A DNA stretch of 64,000 bases from positions 153,445 through 217,444 of the forward strand of contig CAWHCF010000038.1 of NCBI GenBank assembly GCA_963827655.1, in the 5' to 3' direction. The position numbers and the translations under genes are program-made. A model generated the notes under the pieces. It was not told where the DNA came from. It did no database searches and worked only from the letters and a program-made list of their open reading frames with translations. The first letter of the stretch is position 1; every line of letters begins with the position of its first letter. Origin of the DNA: an uncultured Acidobacteriota bacterium (GTDB taxonomy: Bacteria; Acidobacteriota; UBA6911). Shown here in pieces: positions 31,715-41,165 of the stretch.

Positions 31715-31900
31715 GTCTGGAAGCTTCCCTGGAGACGACCGCAGGCAAGAAACTGCTGGACACTTTCAGGCACAACGCGGCGCAGCGGTCCTGAGCGGGG
31801 CTCGAAGCGCTCCTCATAGGCGCGGACGTAACTGTCGAAGTGCTGCTCGAATGTCTGGTAGAAAATGGAAGCTTCAGGATGGCGAGGGCGATAAACAACC
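31715..31900 (-). pseudogene. IS91-like transposase N-terminal (zinc-binding) fragment
   Basis: VYRPRHPEASIFYQTFEQHFDSY...EERF...LRRVV...FLACGRLQGSF resembles the start of this family. Confidence 0.65.
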
Positions 31901-32259
31901 GGGGCATCGCACACCCAAACGCCCGCATCCGGCGTGCAGTAATGGGCGCACTCATCTCGAAGATAATGGGTGACAGTTGGCAGTAGAGAGCAATAAGCCA
32001 TGGGCCGCAGTCGACCTCCTGCGGCCGAGGACCCACAAAAATTAGCACATAGTCTTCCCGAATCCCACCCATAGTTCTTTGCGCTTGGGCGGAAAGGATG
32101 ACACCGCCGGAGAGGACCTGTGCCCCCTTCATGCTTGGTCTGTTTCCGCGAAGCTGAGAGCTTACGCTGTACGCCGATTGTCTTTCTGAACAAAGGAAAC
32201 AGCTTGACTCGGTTGTCAAAGAACCTCTGATCGCCAATGGTCGTTCGCAGAAAAAAATC

Positions 32260-32430
32260 ATGACATATGCAGAAATGAAAAACTTGGAACGTCAGAACTT
32301 GATCGGCGCTTTGCAAGCTACGAATTATAGAATTTACGGCGCCGGCGGGGCGGCCGAGCTTCTCGGCGTTAAGTCGACGCTCGCCTCGCGCATCAAGACT
32401 TTGCAAATTCCGCTTCGGCCGAGCACATAA
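32260..32430 (+). pseudogene. C-terminal Fis-type HTH remnant of a sigma-54-dependent (FhlA/NtrC-like) activator
   Basis: Manual translation: MTYAEMKNLERQNLIGALQATNYRIYGAGGAAELLGVKSTLASRIKTLQI; no AAA domain upstream. Confidence 0.7.
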
Positions 32431-32786
32431 ACCCGGGCGAACGCTGATCGAAAAACCCGCGGCAGAACCCGCCTTGCACGGGAATCGTCTCCGCTGTCGC
32501 CGCCGTTCATCAATCGCGCGCGACGGTTGACGCACACTCAGGTGCCAGCCGCGTCGGCAAGTTTCCGCGTCCTACCGCTGGTGGACCAAGCCGTCGATAT
32601 AGCTTTCGTCATCTTCTGGGCCCACGAGCTGCGCGACGCGGAGTCAAGAGATCCGCAGATATCAACCTGACGGTCCTGCGCTCCGGCGCTTTTGGCGGCA
32701 ACGCTGATATCTCCGCCTCATACCCGGGCTACAGCACGAGTGACACCACGACCGTCAACGTCTTCAACAGCACCGGCACACTGACA

Positions 32787-33368
32787 GTGCGGGCGCGCGC
32801 GGACGCCATGGCCGCGGAGTTCACCCGGCAGATCATCGCGAGCGGACAGCTCTACAGCACCTTTCTGCGCGACGAGAAGCCGTTGAGGTTCCGCATCGGT
32901 CATCTCTCCGGCCCATTCGCGCGCGCCACGTTTGCCGCGCGTGTCGCCGGAGACCACGCCGTCGGGCCGGATGGTCAAACGACGTTGGACATCGACAACG
33001 GCCCGCCGATGACGCCGCGCTTCGAAGCGCGTTTCCGGCATCCGACGTTCACGCGCGGCGTCCCAGTCGGATTCGAACCGGGCGTTCCCGTCTCAGGCGG
33101 CGCTGGCTTCTGCACCACTGGTCGGACAGGTTTCGTGATTTCGGGCGGCAACGCGAACACTGCGCACACGCTCACGCTGGTCCTGTTCGACGATATGTTC
33201 TCGCTCCACCCGTTCCCCATTCCCGCGAGCGTTCCCAACGGCACCGTCGTCACTCCTCAGGTCTTCTTCTCGCCCGACTGCGCAGTGCTCATCATGGTGG
33301 GTGCTGACATGCAGACGACTCGCCGCCGCGAACCTGCAGGCTTCGTTGGCAGCGCCGGTGGCGGATAA
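32787..33368 (+). CDS. Hypothetical protein or fragment
   Basis: 193-aa ORF with beta-rich composition and no recognisable motif. Confidence 0.35.
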   Translation: MRARADAMAAEFTRQIIASGQLYSTFLRDEKPLRFRIGHLSGPFARATFAARVAGDHAVGPDGQTTLDIDNGPPMTPRFEARFRHPTFTRGVPVGFEPGVPVSGGAGFCTTGRTGFVISGGNANTAHTLTLVLFDDMFSLHPFPIPASVPNGTVVTPQVFFSPDCAVLIMVGADMQTTRRREPAGFVGSAGGG

Positions 33369-33410
33369 CCAGGAAACGATCAGTTCCAGTTTCGACAGGA
33401 GTCAGGAGTA

Positions 33411-33768
33411 ATGAGAAGTCTCAGGTGTCCGAACAGGGAATGCCCAGTTAGCGAGCGTAGGAAACATCATTCGCCACGGCTTCTACCAGACTAGCTCGGG
33501 AAAGCGTCGTCGATATCTGTGCCGGAGTTGCCGAAAGACATTCTGCTCGAACACTGGTACGCCTTCCCATCGACTCCAACACCGTCGCGCAACGTTCGAG
33601 GAAGTTGTCAAACTCAGCGTCGAGGGCCTAAACAAGTCTGCTATCGCCCGAGTAAAGCGGATAGCCTGGAATACCGTCGATCGCTGGCTGGAAAAGGCTG
33701 CCGCTTTTTCTCGTCGGTTCAACCATCGAAAAATAGCTGCCCTCTCCGTCATGGAGCTTCAGGCTGAC
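33411..33768 (+). pseudogene. IS1-family transposase N-terminal part (zinc ribbon + HTH), truncated at the direct repeat
   Basis: Manual translation: MRSLRCPNREC.../NIIRHGFYQTSSGKRRRYLCRSCRKTF...GLNKSAIARVKRIAWNTVDRWLEKAA...ELQAD, cut exactly at repeat copy 2. Confidence 0.78.
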
Positions 33769-34097
33769 AGGTAAATGCCCGGTTTTTGGATAAGCGTCAG
33801 GATTGAGCCGGCGCAGCGCTCGGCCCCGACCCGTTCTCGCAAATCCTCGGACTTCCGGTATCTTGCCAGCAGGACGAGCTGGCAAAGCAGTCCACCCATT
33901 CCCAGGGCCAATCCGATAAGGTGCAACATCAGCACAAGTCGAATCAAACCGACACCGTTGGAATTGACGATTTACGATTTACGATTGACGATTGAACCTA
34001 CATGGATCCTGGTTAGCTGGCAATCGTCAATCTCGAGATAGCTGATGCCGGAAAACTCCGATAATATAGCCTCGCGTTCCGCCCGTCATAGTGGAGT
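33766..34097. repeat. Long direct repeat, copy 2 (332 bp), right boundary of the island
   Basis: Near-identical to 19946-20276; runs on into intact dinB. Confidence 0.95.
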
Positions 34098-35284
34098 CTT
34101 CCGTGAGCCGGACTATTTTACATGTCGACATGGATGCGTTCTTCGCGGCCGTAGAGCAGCGAGATCATCCCGAATGGAGGGGGAAAGCGGTGATTGTAGG
34201 AGCGGATCCCAAGGGGGGCAAGGGCCGCGGCATCGTTGCCACCTGTTCCTACGAGGCTCGGAAGTTCGGGGTGCATTCTGCGCAGCCGATCTCGCAGGCC
34301 TGGCGTCTCTGCCCGCAAGCGATCTACGCCCGACCCGACATGGCCAGGTATGCCGCAGCATCAGAGCGCATCATGACGATCTTTCTTGAATTCACGGACC
34401 TGGTGGAGCAAGTCAGTGTGGATGAAGCTTTTCTTGACGTGACCGGCAGCCACAGACTCTTCGGAACAGGCCGCGAGATTGCAAAGAAAATAAAGCTTCG
34501 TATCCACGAGGATCAGCGACTGACCGCGTCGGTGGGGGTCGCCGGTAACAAGTTCGTGGCGAAGGTCGCCTCGGACCTCGAAAAGCCCAATGGGCTGGTG
34601 GAAGTGGAGCCGGGAATGGAGAGGGAATTTCTTCGCGACCTCCCCCTTCGCCGCCTGTGGGGAGTCGGCGCCAGAACCGAAGCTCTGCTCCTCGAGCAGG
34701 GAATTTCGCGCATCGGGCATTTGCTCGAGATCGGCAGCGCCGAACTGGCCCGCCGGGTCGGCCCTGGCCACGCCGAGCACCTGTGTCGGCTGGCTCGAGG
34801 AATTGATGATCGTCACGTTTCTCCCGAGGAAGGATACAAGTCGATCGGCCACGAAACTACCTTCGAGGTCGACACCGTCGATCCCGGGTTGCTGCATGAT
34901 ACGGTGCTGGCGCTCTCGGAGAGAGTGGCGCAGCGCTTGCGTTCTAATCTGGTTCTCGCCCGGACCATCACGTTGAAGTTCCGCGAAGCCGATTTTTCCA
35001 CTTATACCCGCCGCGTGACTCTAGGCGACGCGGTCGATACTGCCGACCGGATTTTTCCCGTAGCGCATCGTCTGCTGCAATCGCTTGCTCGCAAGGGAGT
35101 GGCTGTGCGGTTAGTCGGCGTGTACGGCAGCAATCTGGTGTCAGAAAAGGAAGGACAACTTAGCCTGTTTGCCTCAAAACGAAGCAAGGACCGTGAACTG
35201 GCCGCGGCTGTGGATGATATTTCCCGGCGATTCGGAGATGGGGCCATCACGCGCGCCGCCCTGGTTCCTCGCAAGGAACATTGA
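34091..35284 (+). CDS. dinB: DNA polymerase IV
   Basis: ILHVDMDAFFAAVE, CSYEARKFGV, SVDEAFLD, AKVASDLEKPNG. Confidence 0.95.
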   Translation: MESSVSRTILHVDMDAFFAAVEQRDHPEWRGKAVIVGADPKGGKGRGIVATCSYEARKFGVHSAQPISQAWRLCPQAIYARPDMARYAAASERIMTIFLEFTDLVEQVSVDEAFLDVTGSHRLFGTGREIAKKIKLRIHEDQRLTASVGVAGNKFVAKVASDLEKPNGLVEVEPGMEREFLRDLPLRRLWGVGARTEALLLEQGISRIGHLLEIGSAELARRVGPGHAEHLCRLARGIDDRHVSPEEGYKSIGHETTFEVDTVDPGLLHDTVLALSERVAQRLRSNLVLARTITLKFREADFSTYTRRVTLGDAVDTADRIFPVAHRLLQSLARKGVAVRLVGVYGSNLVSEKEGQLSLFASKRSKDRELAAAVDDISRRFGDGAITRAALVPRKEH

Positions 35285-35285
35285 T

Positions 35286-35366
35286 CAGGATTCAGGATTT
35301 AGGATCTAGGATCCAGGATGAAGTCACAACCCCACCAGGTTAGATCCTAAATCCTATCGATCCTGT
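35286..35366. repeat. Inverted 7-mer arrays, (AGGATTC/AGGATCT)n ... (ATCCTA)n
   Basis: CAGGATTCAGGATTTAGGATCTAGGATCCAGGAT ... TAGATCCTAAATCCTATCGATCCTG. Confidence 0.65.
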
Positions 35367-35375
35367 ATTGACACG

Positions 35376-36839
35376 ATGCCGGTTCGAATTTGCGTAGCGA
35401 TTCGAGAGCGTACTACAGAGGCCGCGGTTTCGGCTGCGATGCGTGCCTCCGAATGGGCCGATCTGGTTGAGATTCGCGCCGACTATATCCGAAATCTTGA
35501 TATCCGCCGCTTGCTGCGCGAAAAACCTTGTCCGATCATCTTCACTCTTCGAGGACGCAGTGAGGGAGGAGTATTTTCCGGCCCGGAGAAGAGCCGTCTG
35601 GAGATTCTCCTGAGAGCCGCTGAGGAGGGTGCCGACTACGTAGACGTGGAGTTTTCGGCGTTCTGGAAGGCAATCACCGATCGTGTTCCCGGCGACCGCG
35701 TCATTCTTTCTTATCACGATTTCGTCACCACGCCGCAATCACTGGAGACAACGCTGGACGCCATGAGCCTGACGGACGCCGGTATCCTTAAAATTGCCAC
35801 GCGAGCCCGCTCCCTTTCCGATAATCTGCGCATCGCGAAACTACTGGAATACGCCAAAGGGCGCCGTCGAAACGTCATCGCTCTGGCTATGGGGCGAGAG
35901 GGAATTCCCAGCCGGATCCTCGGACCCTACTGGGGTTCGTGGGCGACGTTCTCGAGCTTGCCGGGCGGCGAACCCACTGCGGACGGGCAGGTTCCGGCCG
36001 ATGAAATGGTCCACCGGTACCGGGTCAGGCAGATCGGCGCAGAGACGCGTCTCTACGGAGTCTTGGGAAGACCGTTGGGCCATTCCCTTTCCCCCCAGAT
36101 CCACAACGCCGCTTTTGCCGAAAGAGAAATGAACGCCGTCTATTTACCGCTGGAGGCCAGCGGCCTCGATGATTTTCTTGAGTTTCACGAGCGTCATCCA
36201 TTCGAGGGCGCCAGCGTCACGATCCCTTTCAAAGAGGAAGCCTACCAGAACGCCCACAGTCTTTCCGTTTCCGCAGAAGGGACGGGGGCCGTGAATACTC
36301 TGCTCAGGAAAGAGGCAGGGTGGCACGGTGAGAATACCGATATTGATGCGTTTCTTGGGCCCCTTAGAAGAATCAGGCATCTGGCCAGAATACGCGCGGT
36401 GGTGCTAGGCTCAGGCGGAGCTGCAAGGGCGGTCGTGTATGCTTTACGATCGCAGGCGGCATCGGTGTGCGTCGTGGCACGCAATGCGGGGAAAGCACGC
36501 GGGCTGGCTGCGAGGTTTCAAGCGGACTACGGCCGCTGGGAAGAGCTCCACCAGATGCGCTGGGACGTTCTGGTCAATGCCACGCCAGTCGGGATGTATC
36601 CGCAGGTCGACGAGTCTCCCGTTCCGGCTGAATGGCTCAACGGGGAACTGGTCTACGACCTGATTTATAACCCCACCCAGACTCGATTGCTGAAAGATGC
36701 TGCCATGCGAGGCTGCAAAACCATTTCGGGCGTCGAGATGTTCCTGGGACAGGCATCACGACAGCAGCAGCTGTGGCTCGGTTTTCCCGGGCCGGAGGAC
36801 GTTATGCGAGCCGCGCTGGAGCAAGCACTCACAAAGTGA
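35376..36839 (+). CDS. aroE: Bifunctional type I 3-dehydroquinate dehydratase / shikimate dehydrogenase (AroD-AroE fusion)
   Basis: N-terminal ADLVEIRAD, ILSYHDF, KIA; C-terminal HSLSPQIHN, SVTIPFKE, GAVNT, NTD, GSGGAARA, NATPVGM. Confidence 0.9.
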   Translation: MPVRICVAIRERTTEAAVSAAMRASEWADLVEIRADYIRNLDIRRLLREKPCPIIFTLRGRSEGGVFSGPEKSRLEILLRAAEEGADYVDVEFSAFWKAITDRVPGDRVILSYHDFVTTPQSLETTLDAMSLTDAGILKIATRARSLSDNLRIAKLLEYAKGRRRNVIALAMGREGIPSRILGPYWGSWATFSSLPGGEPTADGQVPADEMVHRYRVRQIGAETRLYGVLGRPLGHSLSPQIHNAAFAEREMNAVYLPLEASGLDDFLEFHERHPFEGASVTIPFKEEAYQNAHSLSVSAEGTGAVNTLLRKEAGWHGENTDIDAFLGPLRRIRHLARIRAVVLGSGGAARAVVYALRSQAASVCVVARNAGKARGLAARFQADYGRWEELHQMRWDVLVNATPVGMYPQVDESPVPAEWLNGELVYDLIYNPTQTRLLKDAAMRGCKTISGVEMFLGQASRQQQLWLGFPGPEDVMRAALEQALTK

Positions 36840-36857
36840 CGTGCGATTCAGACATTG

Positions 36858-36932
36858 TCTTGGTGTTTCTTCGTGTCTTCGTGTCTTTGTGGTTAACGCT
36901 CCGAAACAAATACCACTAAGACACCAAGAGCA
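36858..36932. repeat. Inverted pair of 9-mer-periodic arrays (family A)
   Basis: TCTTGGTGTTTCTTCGTGTCTTCGTGTCTTTGTGGT ... ACCACTAAGACACCAAGAG. Confidence 0.8.
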
Positions 36933-36952
36933 CCTGAAAGGATCTGGCCGCT

Positions 36953-37891
36953 TTGCCTGTCAGAGGTGATTCGCGCGCAACGCGCCGGGCTGCAAAAATC
37001 CGCGTGCCGGCGACCACGTCGAACCTGGGATCGGGTTTTGACGCGGTCGGCCTGGCCCTCAAGCTTTACCTGGTGGTTGAAGTATTGGAGATCGATAGCG
37101 GTCCGAGCCGACTGGAGTTCAGCGGACTGGACTCCCACTTGATTCCTACGGATGAATCCAACCTCGTGTGGCAGACTATGAGCGAAGTCGCTCAGTTGAA
37201 AGGCAAGAGTCTGCCGGATTTCTTGCTGCGGATTGAGAATCAGATTCCGATCGCAAAGGGACTGGGCAGCAGCGCCGCGGCCATTCTTGCCGGCGCCGCT
37301 GCCGCAGATTTCCTTTGCCGTCTCAACTTCGCGCGTGAGAGTCTGCTGGAGATTGCAGCGGAAAGGGAAGGGCATCCCGACAACGCGGCTCCGGCATTAA
37401 TGGGAGGGCTGGTGGTTTCGATCGGCGGAGAAAAGACTCTGTGTTCCAAATCGCAGTTTCCGGAGGAATGGGCCGTGGTCGCCGTCACCCCCGACTACGA
37501 GTTGCAGACGAAGAAGGCCCGGGCGGTGCTCCCTGAACAGATCCCGCACCGCGACGCTGTCTATAATGTGCAGCGGGCGGCCTTCCTGATGGCGCAGCTC
37601 GCCCAGGGACGCCGGGAAGGGCTACGAGAGGCAATGGCCGATCGCCTGCACCAGCCTTATCGCTCCGCTCTGATACCTGGTCTGGCGGAAATCCTCGAAT
37701 TGAAGGTCTCACAGGGAATGATCGGCGTGGCGCTCTCAGGAGCAGGATCCACCGTGATAGCTTTTGCGGACTCACATGCCGAGGAAATAGGCGAGGAAAT
37801 TCGTGGGATTTTCTCGCGCCACCATTTGACTGCCACGGTTCGCTTGCTCAAGGCCGACAACGAGGGACTCGTCATAAGTAGTAGCCAGTAG
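36953..37891 (+). CDS. thrB: Homoserine kinase
   Basis: VPATTSNLGSGFD, GLGSSAAA, EGHPDN, DRLHQPYR, LSGAGST. Confidence 0.93.
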   Translation: MPVRGDSRATRRAAKIRVPATTSNLGSGFDAVGLALKLYLVVEVLEIDSGPSRLEFSGLDSHLIPTDESNLVWQTMSEVAQLKGKSLPDFLLRIENQIPIAKGLGSSAAAILAGAAAADFLCRLNFARESLLEIAAEREGHPDNAAPALMGGLVVSIGGEKTLCSKSQFPEEWAVVAVTPDYELQTKKARAVLPEQIPHRDAVYNVQRAAFLMAQLAQGRREGLREAMADRLHQPYRSALIPGLAEILELKVSQGMIGVALSGAGSTVIAFADSHAEEIGEEIRGIFSRHHLTATVRLLKADNEGLVISSSQ

Positions 37892-37936
37892 TCAGTAACC
37901 GGTAGGCGGAAGGCAACGGCGGCAGGCAGAGGGAAG

Positions 37937-39067
37937 ATGAACGAACAAAGAAGAAGATTCACACCCATGATTCCCCGGGGCGTTCAGTGTTATTTCGGTG
38001 AAGAGGTAAACCGTCGCCGCAAAGTTGAGGCGATCCTGGCGGGAATCATGAAGAGCTGGGGTTTCCAGGAAATCATCCTGCCTTTTTTTGACTACGTTGA
38101 AGTCTTTTCTTACGGGCTGGGATCGGAGCTGGGAGATAGGACCTACCGTTTTATAGACCAGGATGGATCGGTGCTGGCGCTGCGCCCTGATCTTACGACA
38201 CTGGTAGCGAAAACCGTAGCCACGCGCATGACCGGTCAAGCGCTGCCGATCAAACTTCTTTACTCCGGAGAAGTGTTTCGCCATGAGCGGGCAGGCGCGG
38301 GGAGGCAGAAGGAATTCTATCAGATTGGTCTTGAGACGATGGGCATCGCCGAAATCTGGTCGGATATCGAGGTGATACTCCTGGCGATAGATTGCCTGTT
38401 GCACCTCGGAGTGGATGACTTCAAGATCGTCCTGGGTCACGTGGGCTTCTTCAACGGGATCGTTGAGGGATTGAGTCTCTCGCGTGAAAAAGCCGGCGCG
38501 CTGCGTGAAGCAATCGATCACAAGGACAGCGCCTGGTTGAAAGACGAAATCGCCCACCTCAGCCTGAGTGACGACAAGCGGAAATTCCTGGTGGAACTCC
38601 CTAATTTTGCGGGTGGACGCGAAGTGCTCGATCGCGCGCTGGCCACTATCCATAACGCTCGCTCGCGCAAAGCGCTGCTGGAACTGCTGGAGATAAACTC
38701 GGTCGTGGATGCTCTGGAGCTCAGCGATTTTTTGACTTTCGATCTGGCCGAAGTCAGGGGGCTGGACTACTACACCGGAATTGTCTTCAAAATTTATGGC
38801 CGGCTTCTTGGATCCGAGCTAGGTAGCGGAGGGCGCTACGACGGTCTCTTGTCGAGGTTCGGATGGGATCTGCCGGCCGTGGGGTTTTCGTTCACCCTTG
38901 ACCATCTCCTGCCTCTGGTAGACGACGCGGGAAAACTACAAGTCCCCTCCTGGGAAGGCGGCGAGCATACCGTTGCTGCCCGAAGCGCCTCTCCAGAAGA
39001 GGTGTTCCGCCAGGTTTGGAAGCTGCGCCGGCAAGGACTGCGCGTGATCCTGGGAGGGACTTCGTAG
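37937..39067 (+). CDS. hisZ: ATP phosphoribosyltransferase regulatory subunit
   Basis: LRPDLT, EFYQIGLE, YYTG, GGRYDGL; immediately precedes short hisG. Confidence 0.9.
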   Translation: MNEQRRRFTPMIPRGVQCYFGEEVNRRRKVEAILAGIMKSWGFQEIILPFFDYVEVFSYGLGSELGDRTYRFIDQDGSVLALRPDLTTLVAKTVATRMTGQALPIKLLYSGEVFRHERAGAGRQKEFYQIGLETMGIAEIWSDIEVILLAIDCLLHLGVDDFKIVLGHVGFFNGIVEGLSLSREKAGALREAIDHKDSAWLKDEIAHLSLSDDKRKFLVELPNFAGGREVLDRALATIHNARSRKALLELLEINSVVDALELSDFLTFDLAEVRGLDYYTGIVFKIYGRLLGSELGSGGRYDGLLSRFGWDLPAVGFSFTLDHLLPLVDDAGKLQVPSWEGGEHTVAARSASPEEVFRQVWKLRRQGLRVILGGTS

Positions 39068-39697
39068 ATGCTGACGGTGGCTCTGTCCAAGGGGCGTCTG
39101 CTGGAACCGACGCTCCAGTTTCTCTCTCGCGCCGGCATAGAAGTGCCTGAGGATATTTTATCTTCGCGCAGGCTTCTGGCGCCTGACGCGAGCCGGAGCT
39201 ACCAGTTCCTGCTGGTAAAGCCGATGGACCTGCCGACTTATGTGGAATACGGCGTGGCCGCAACGGGGATTTGTGGGCGGGATGTTCTGCTGGAAGTCTC
39301 TCCCGATCTGCACCAGCCTCTCGATCTGGCTTTCGGACGCTGCCGGCTGGTGCTGGCGGGTAGAGTCGGGGACAGAACCAGAAACCATAACCTGCTTTCC
39401 AATACTCGCGTGGCCACGAAATATCCCCGGGTTGCTGAGAGACTTTTCCGAAGCCGCGGCCTTCCGGCGGAAGTAATCTATCTCACCGGGAGTGTGGAAC
39501 TGGCCCCGAATCTAGGTCTCGCAGAAACCATCCTCGATCTGGTCGAGACCGGACGAACGCTGAAAGAAAACGGCCTGACGATTCTTGAAGAAGTGGCGGA
39601 ATCGACGGCTCGGGTCGTCGTCAATCGCGCGAGCTTTCACATTCAGCACTCCGAAATAAACGATTTTCTGGGCAAGTTAAGAAAGGCGTTGGAGTGA
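39068..39697 (+). CDS. hisG: ATP phosphoribosyltransferase (short form)
   Basis: LTVALSKGRL, DLPTYVEYG, VATKYP, GSVELAP, DLVETGRTLKENGL. Confidence 0.95.
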   Translation: MLTVALSKGRLLEPTLQFLSRAGIEVPEDILSSRRLLAPDASRSYQFLLVKPMDLPTYVEYGVAATGICGRDVLLEVSPDLHQPLDLAFGRCRLVLAGRVGDRTRNHNLLSNTRVATKYPRVAERLFRSRGLPAEVIYLTGSVELAPNLGLAETILDLVETGRTLKENGLTILEEVAESTARVVVNRASFHIQHSEINDFLGKLRKALE

Positions 39698-40992
39698 TTC
39701 CAATTTTTCGGCAGAGAGATCGGGCGAAGTTCTTTTCGCGCCTGGAGAAGAGAAAGACCTTGATCTCGGGCGAGATTCTCGAGCAGACGCGACACATCCT
39801 GTCGCAAGTGCGCGCTCAGGGCGACGGCGCTCTTTTGAGGCTGACCCGCGAGCTGGACGGGGAGGAACTCACGTTGCGCGAGATGCGCGTGGGCCCTCGG
39901 GCGCTGCGGGGCTTCGCCTCGGATGCCGATCCGGCGGTAGTCCGGGAGATGGAAAAAGCCATCTTCAACATACACGCTTATCACCGGCGCCAGATTCAAA
40001 AGTCGTGGGAGTTCGCGAAACGGGGCGTGGTTCTGGGTCAGCGGGTGCTTCCTCTCGACAGTGTGGGGATCTATATCCCGGGGGGAAGCGCGGCTTATCC
40101 ATCGTCGGTGTTGATGAATGTCATACCGGCCAAGATTGCGGGTGTGCCACGCATCGTTGTGGTCACGCCGCCGGGTACTTTCCGCCGCCATCCGATCGTG
40201 GCCGCCGCCTTGCGCGAATTGAAAGTGCATGAAATCTATCTGGTGGGCGGAGCGCAGGCCATCGCCGCTCTGGCCTACGGAACCGAAACCATCGCTCGCG
40301 TAGACAAGATTGTCGGACCCGGCAATGCCTATGTAATCGCGGCCAAGCGCGAGGTATTCGGCGAGGTTGACGTGGATATGATCGCCGGTCCGAGCGAAGT
40401 TGTGATACTGGCAACGGCTGGATCGAATCCTCGTTTCGTTGCCGCTGACATGCTTTCTCAGGCAGAGCACGACGAAGCGGCGTGCGCCCTCTGCTTTACC
40501 GATTCAGCTCCTCATGCCGTCCTGGTGCAGCGGGAACTGGAGTCCCAATTGAGTTCTCTGTCGCGTCACTTGATTGCCCGGAGGGCGCTGGAGAATTTTG
40601 GAGCTATCGTGGTTACCGAGAACTACTTCCAGGCGGCCGAGTGGATCAATGAGCTGGCGCCCGAGCACCTTGAGGTTTTCTCTAGCGTCCCGCTGTCGGT
40701 CATCGATATGATCCGAAATGCTGGAGCCATCTTCTACGGCGATTATTCACCGGAGGCCGTCGGAGATTACTTCGCGGGGAGCAATCACGTGCTTCCGACC
40801 GGCGGTACCGCGCGCTTCTTTTCCCCGCTCGGAGTGTACGATTTCCAGCGACGGACGAACATCATCCGCTATACCCGGGAGGAGTTGCTGCGTACCTGGC
40901 GCTCGATCGACATACTGGCTCGCGCCGAAGGTCTGGATGCGCATGCAGAGTCGGTTCGGATCCGGCATAACACCGATGGCGCCGAAGAATAG
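39694..40992 (+). CDS. hisD: Histidinol dehydrogenase
   Basis: GIYIPGG, GGAQAIAALAYG, GPGNAYV, AGPSE, SQAEH, APEHL, GSNHVLPT. Confidence 0.96.
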   Translation: MIPIFRQRDRAKFFSRLEKRKTLISGEILEQTRHILSQVRAQGDGALLRLTRELDGEELTLREMRVGPRALRGFASDADPAVVREMEKAIFNIHAYHRRQIQKSWEFAKRGVVLGQRVLPLDSVGIYIPGGSAAYPSSVLMNVIPAKIAGVPRIVVVTPPGTFRRHPIVAAALRELKVHEIYLVGGAQAIAALAYGTETIARVDKIVGPGNAYVIAAKREVFGEVDVDMIAGPSEVVILATAGSNPRFVAADMLSQAEHDEAACALCFTDSAPHAVLVQRELESQLSSLSRHLIARRALENFGAIVVTENYFQAAEWINELAPEHLEVFSSVPLSVIDMIRNAGAIFYGDYSPEAVGDYFAGSNHVLPTGGTARFFSPLGVYDFQRRTNIIRYTREELLRTWRSIDILARAEGLDAHAESVRIRHNTDGAEE

Positions 40993-41152
40993 GGGTTCGC
41001 GCAGAAATAAGTTCACATTCTGCTGCGGGCCCGCAGCCCGCTGAAGGGGCGCGATCCTGAGGGTGCCAGGCTACGCAGCTAAGAGAAAACACGGTTCAAT
41101 AATGGATCACGACTCTCGCGACAGAATGCGAAGTTATTTCTGCGCGAGCCCT
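40991..41152. mobile_element. MITE-like element (family C, copy 2) inside the his operon
   Basis: AGGGGTTCGCGCAGAAATAAGTTCACATTCTG...CAGAATGCGAAGTTATTTCTGCGCGAGCCCT; overlaps the hisD TAG. Confidence 0.82.
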
Positions 41153-41165
41153 AAGGCCCGCAAAC

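Larger units (their letters stand above)
20277..33765. mobile_element. Genomic island / composite mobile region of ~13.5 kb
   Basis: Bounded by the 331-bp direct repeat; contains an IS, IS91-like and IS1-like remnants, an RHS gene and ExeA/AAA genes. Confidence 0.8.

Noticed and set aside
20277-33765. Island as a prophage, ICE or anti-phage defence system
   Set aside because: No structural phage, conjugation or site-specific integrase genes and no recognisable defence domains; the ATPases fit transposition or replication modules better.
34020-34095. LexA/SOS box upstream of dinB
   Set aside because: Only a single GTTC is present; no GTTC-N7-GTTC, CTGT-N8-ACAG or GAAC-N4-GTTC site was found.
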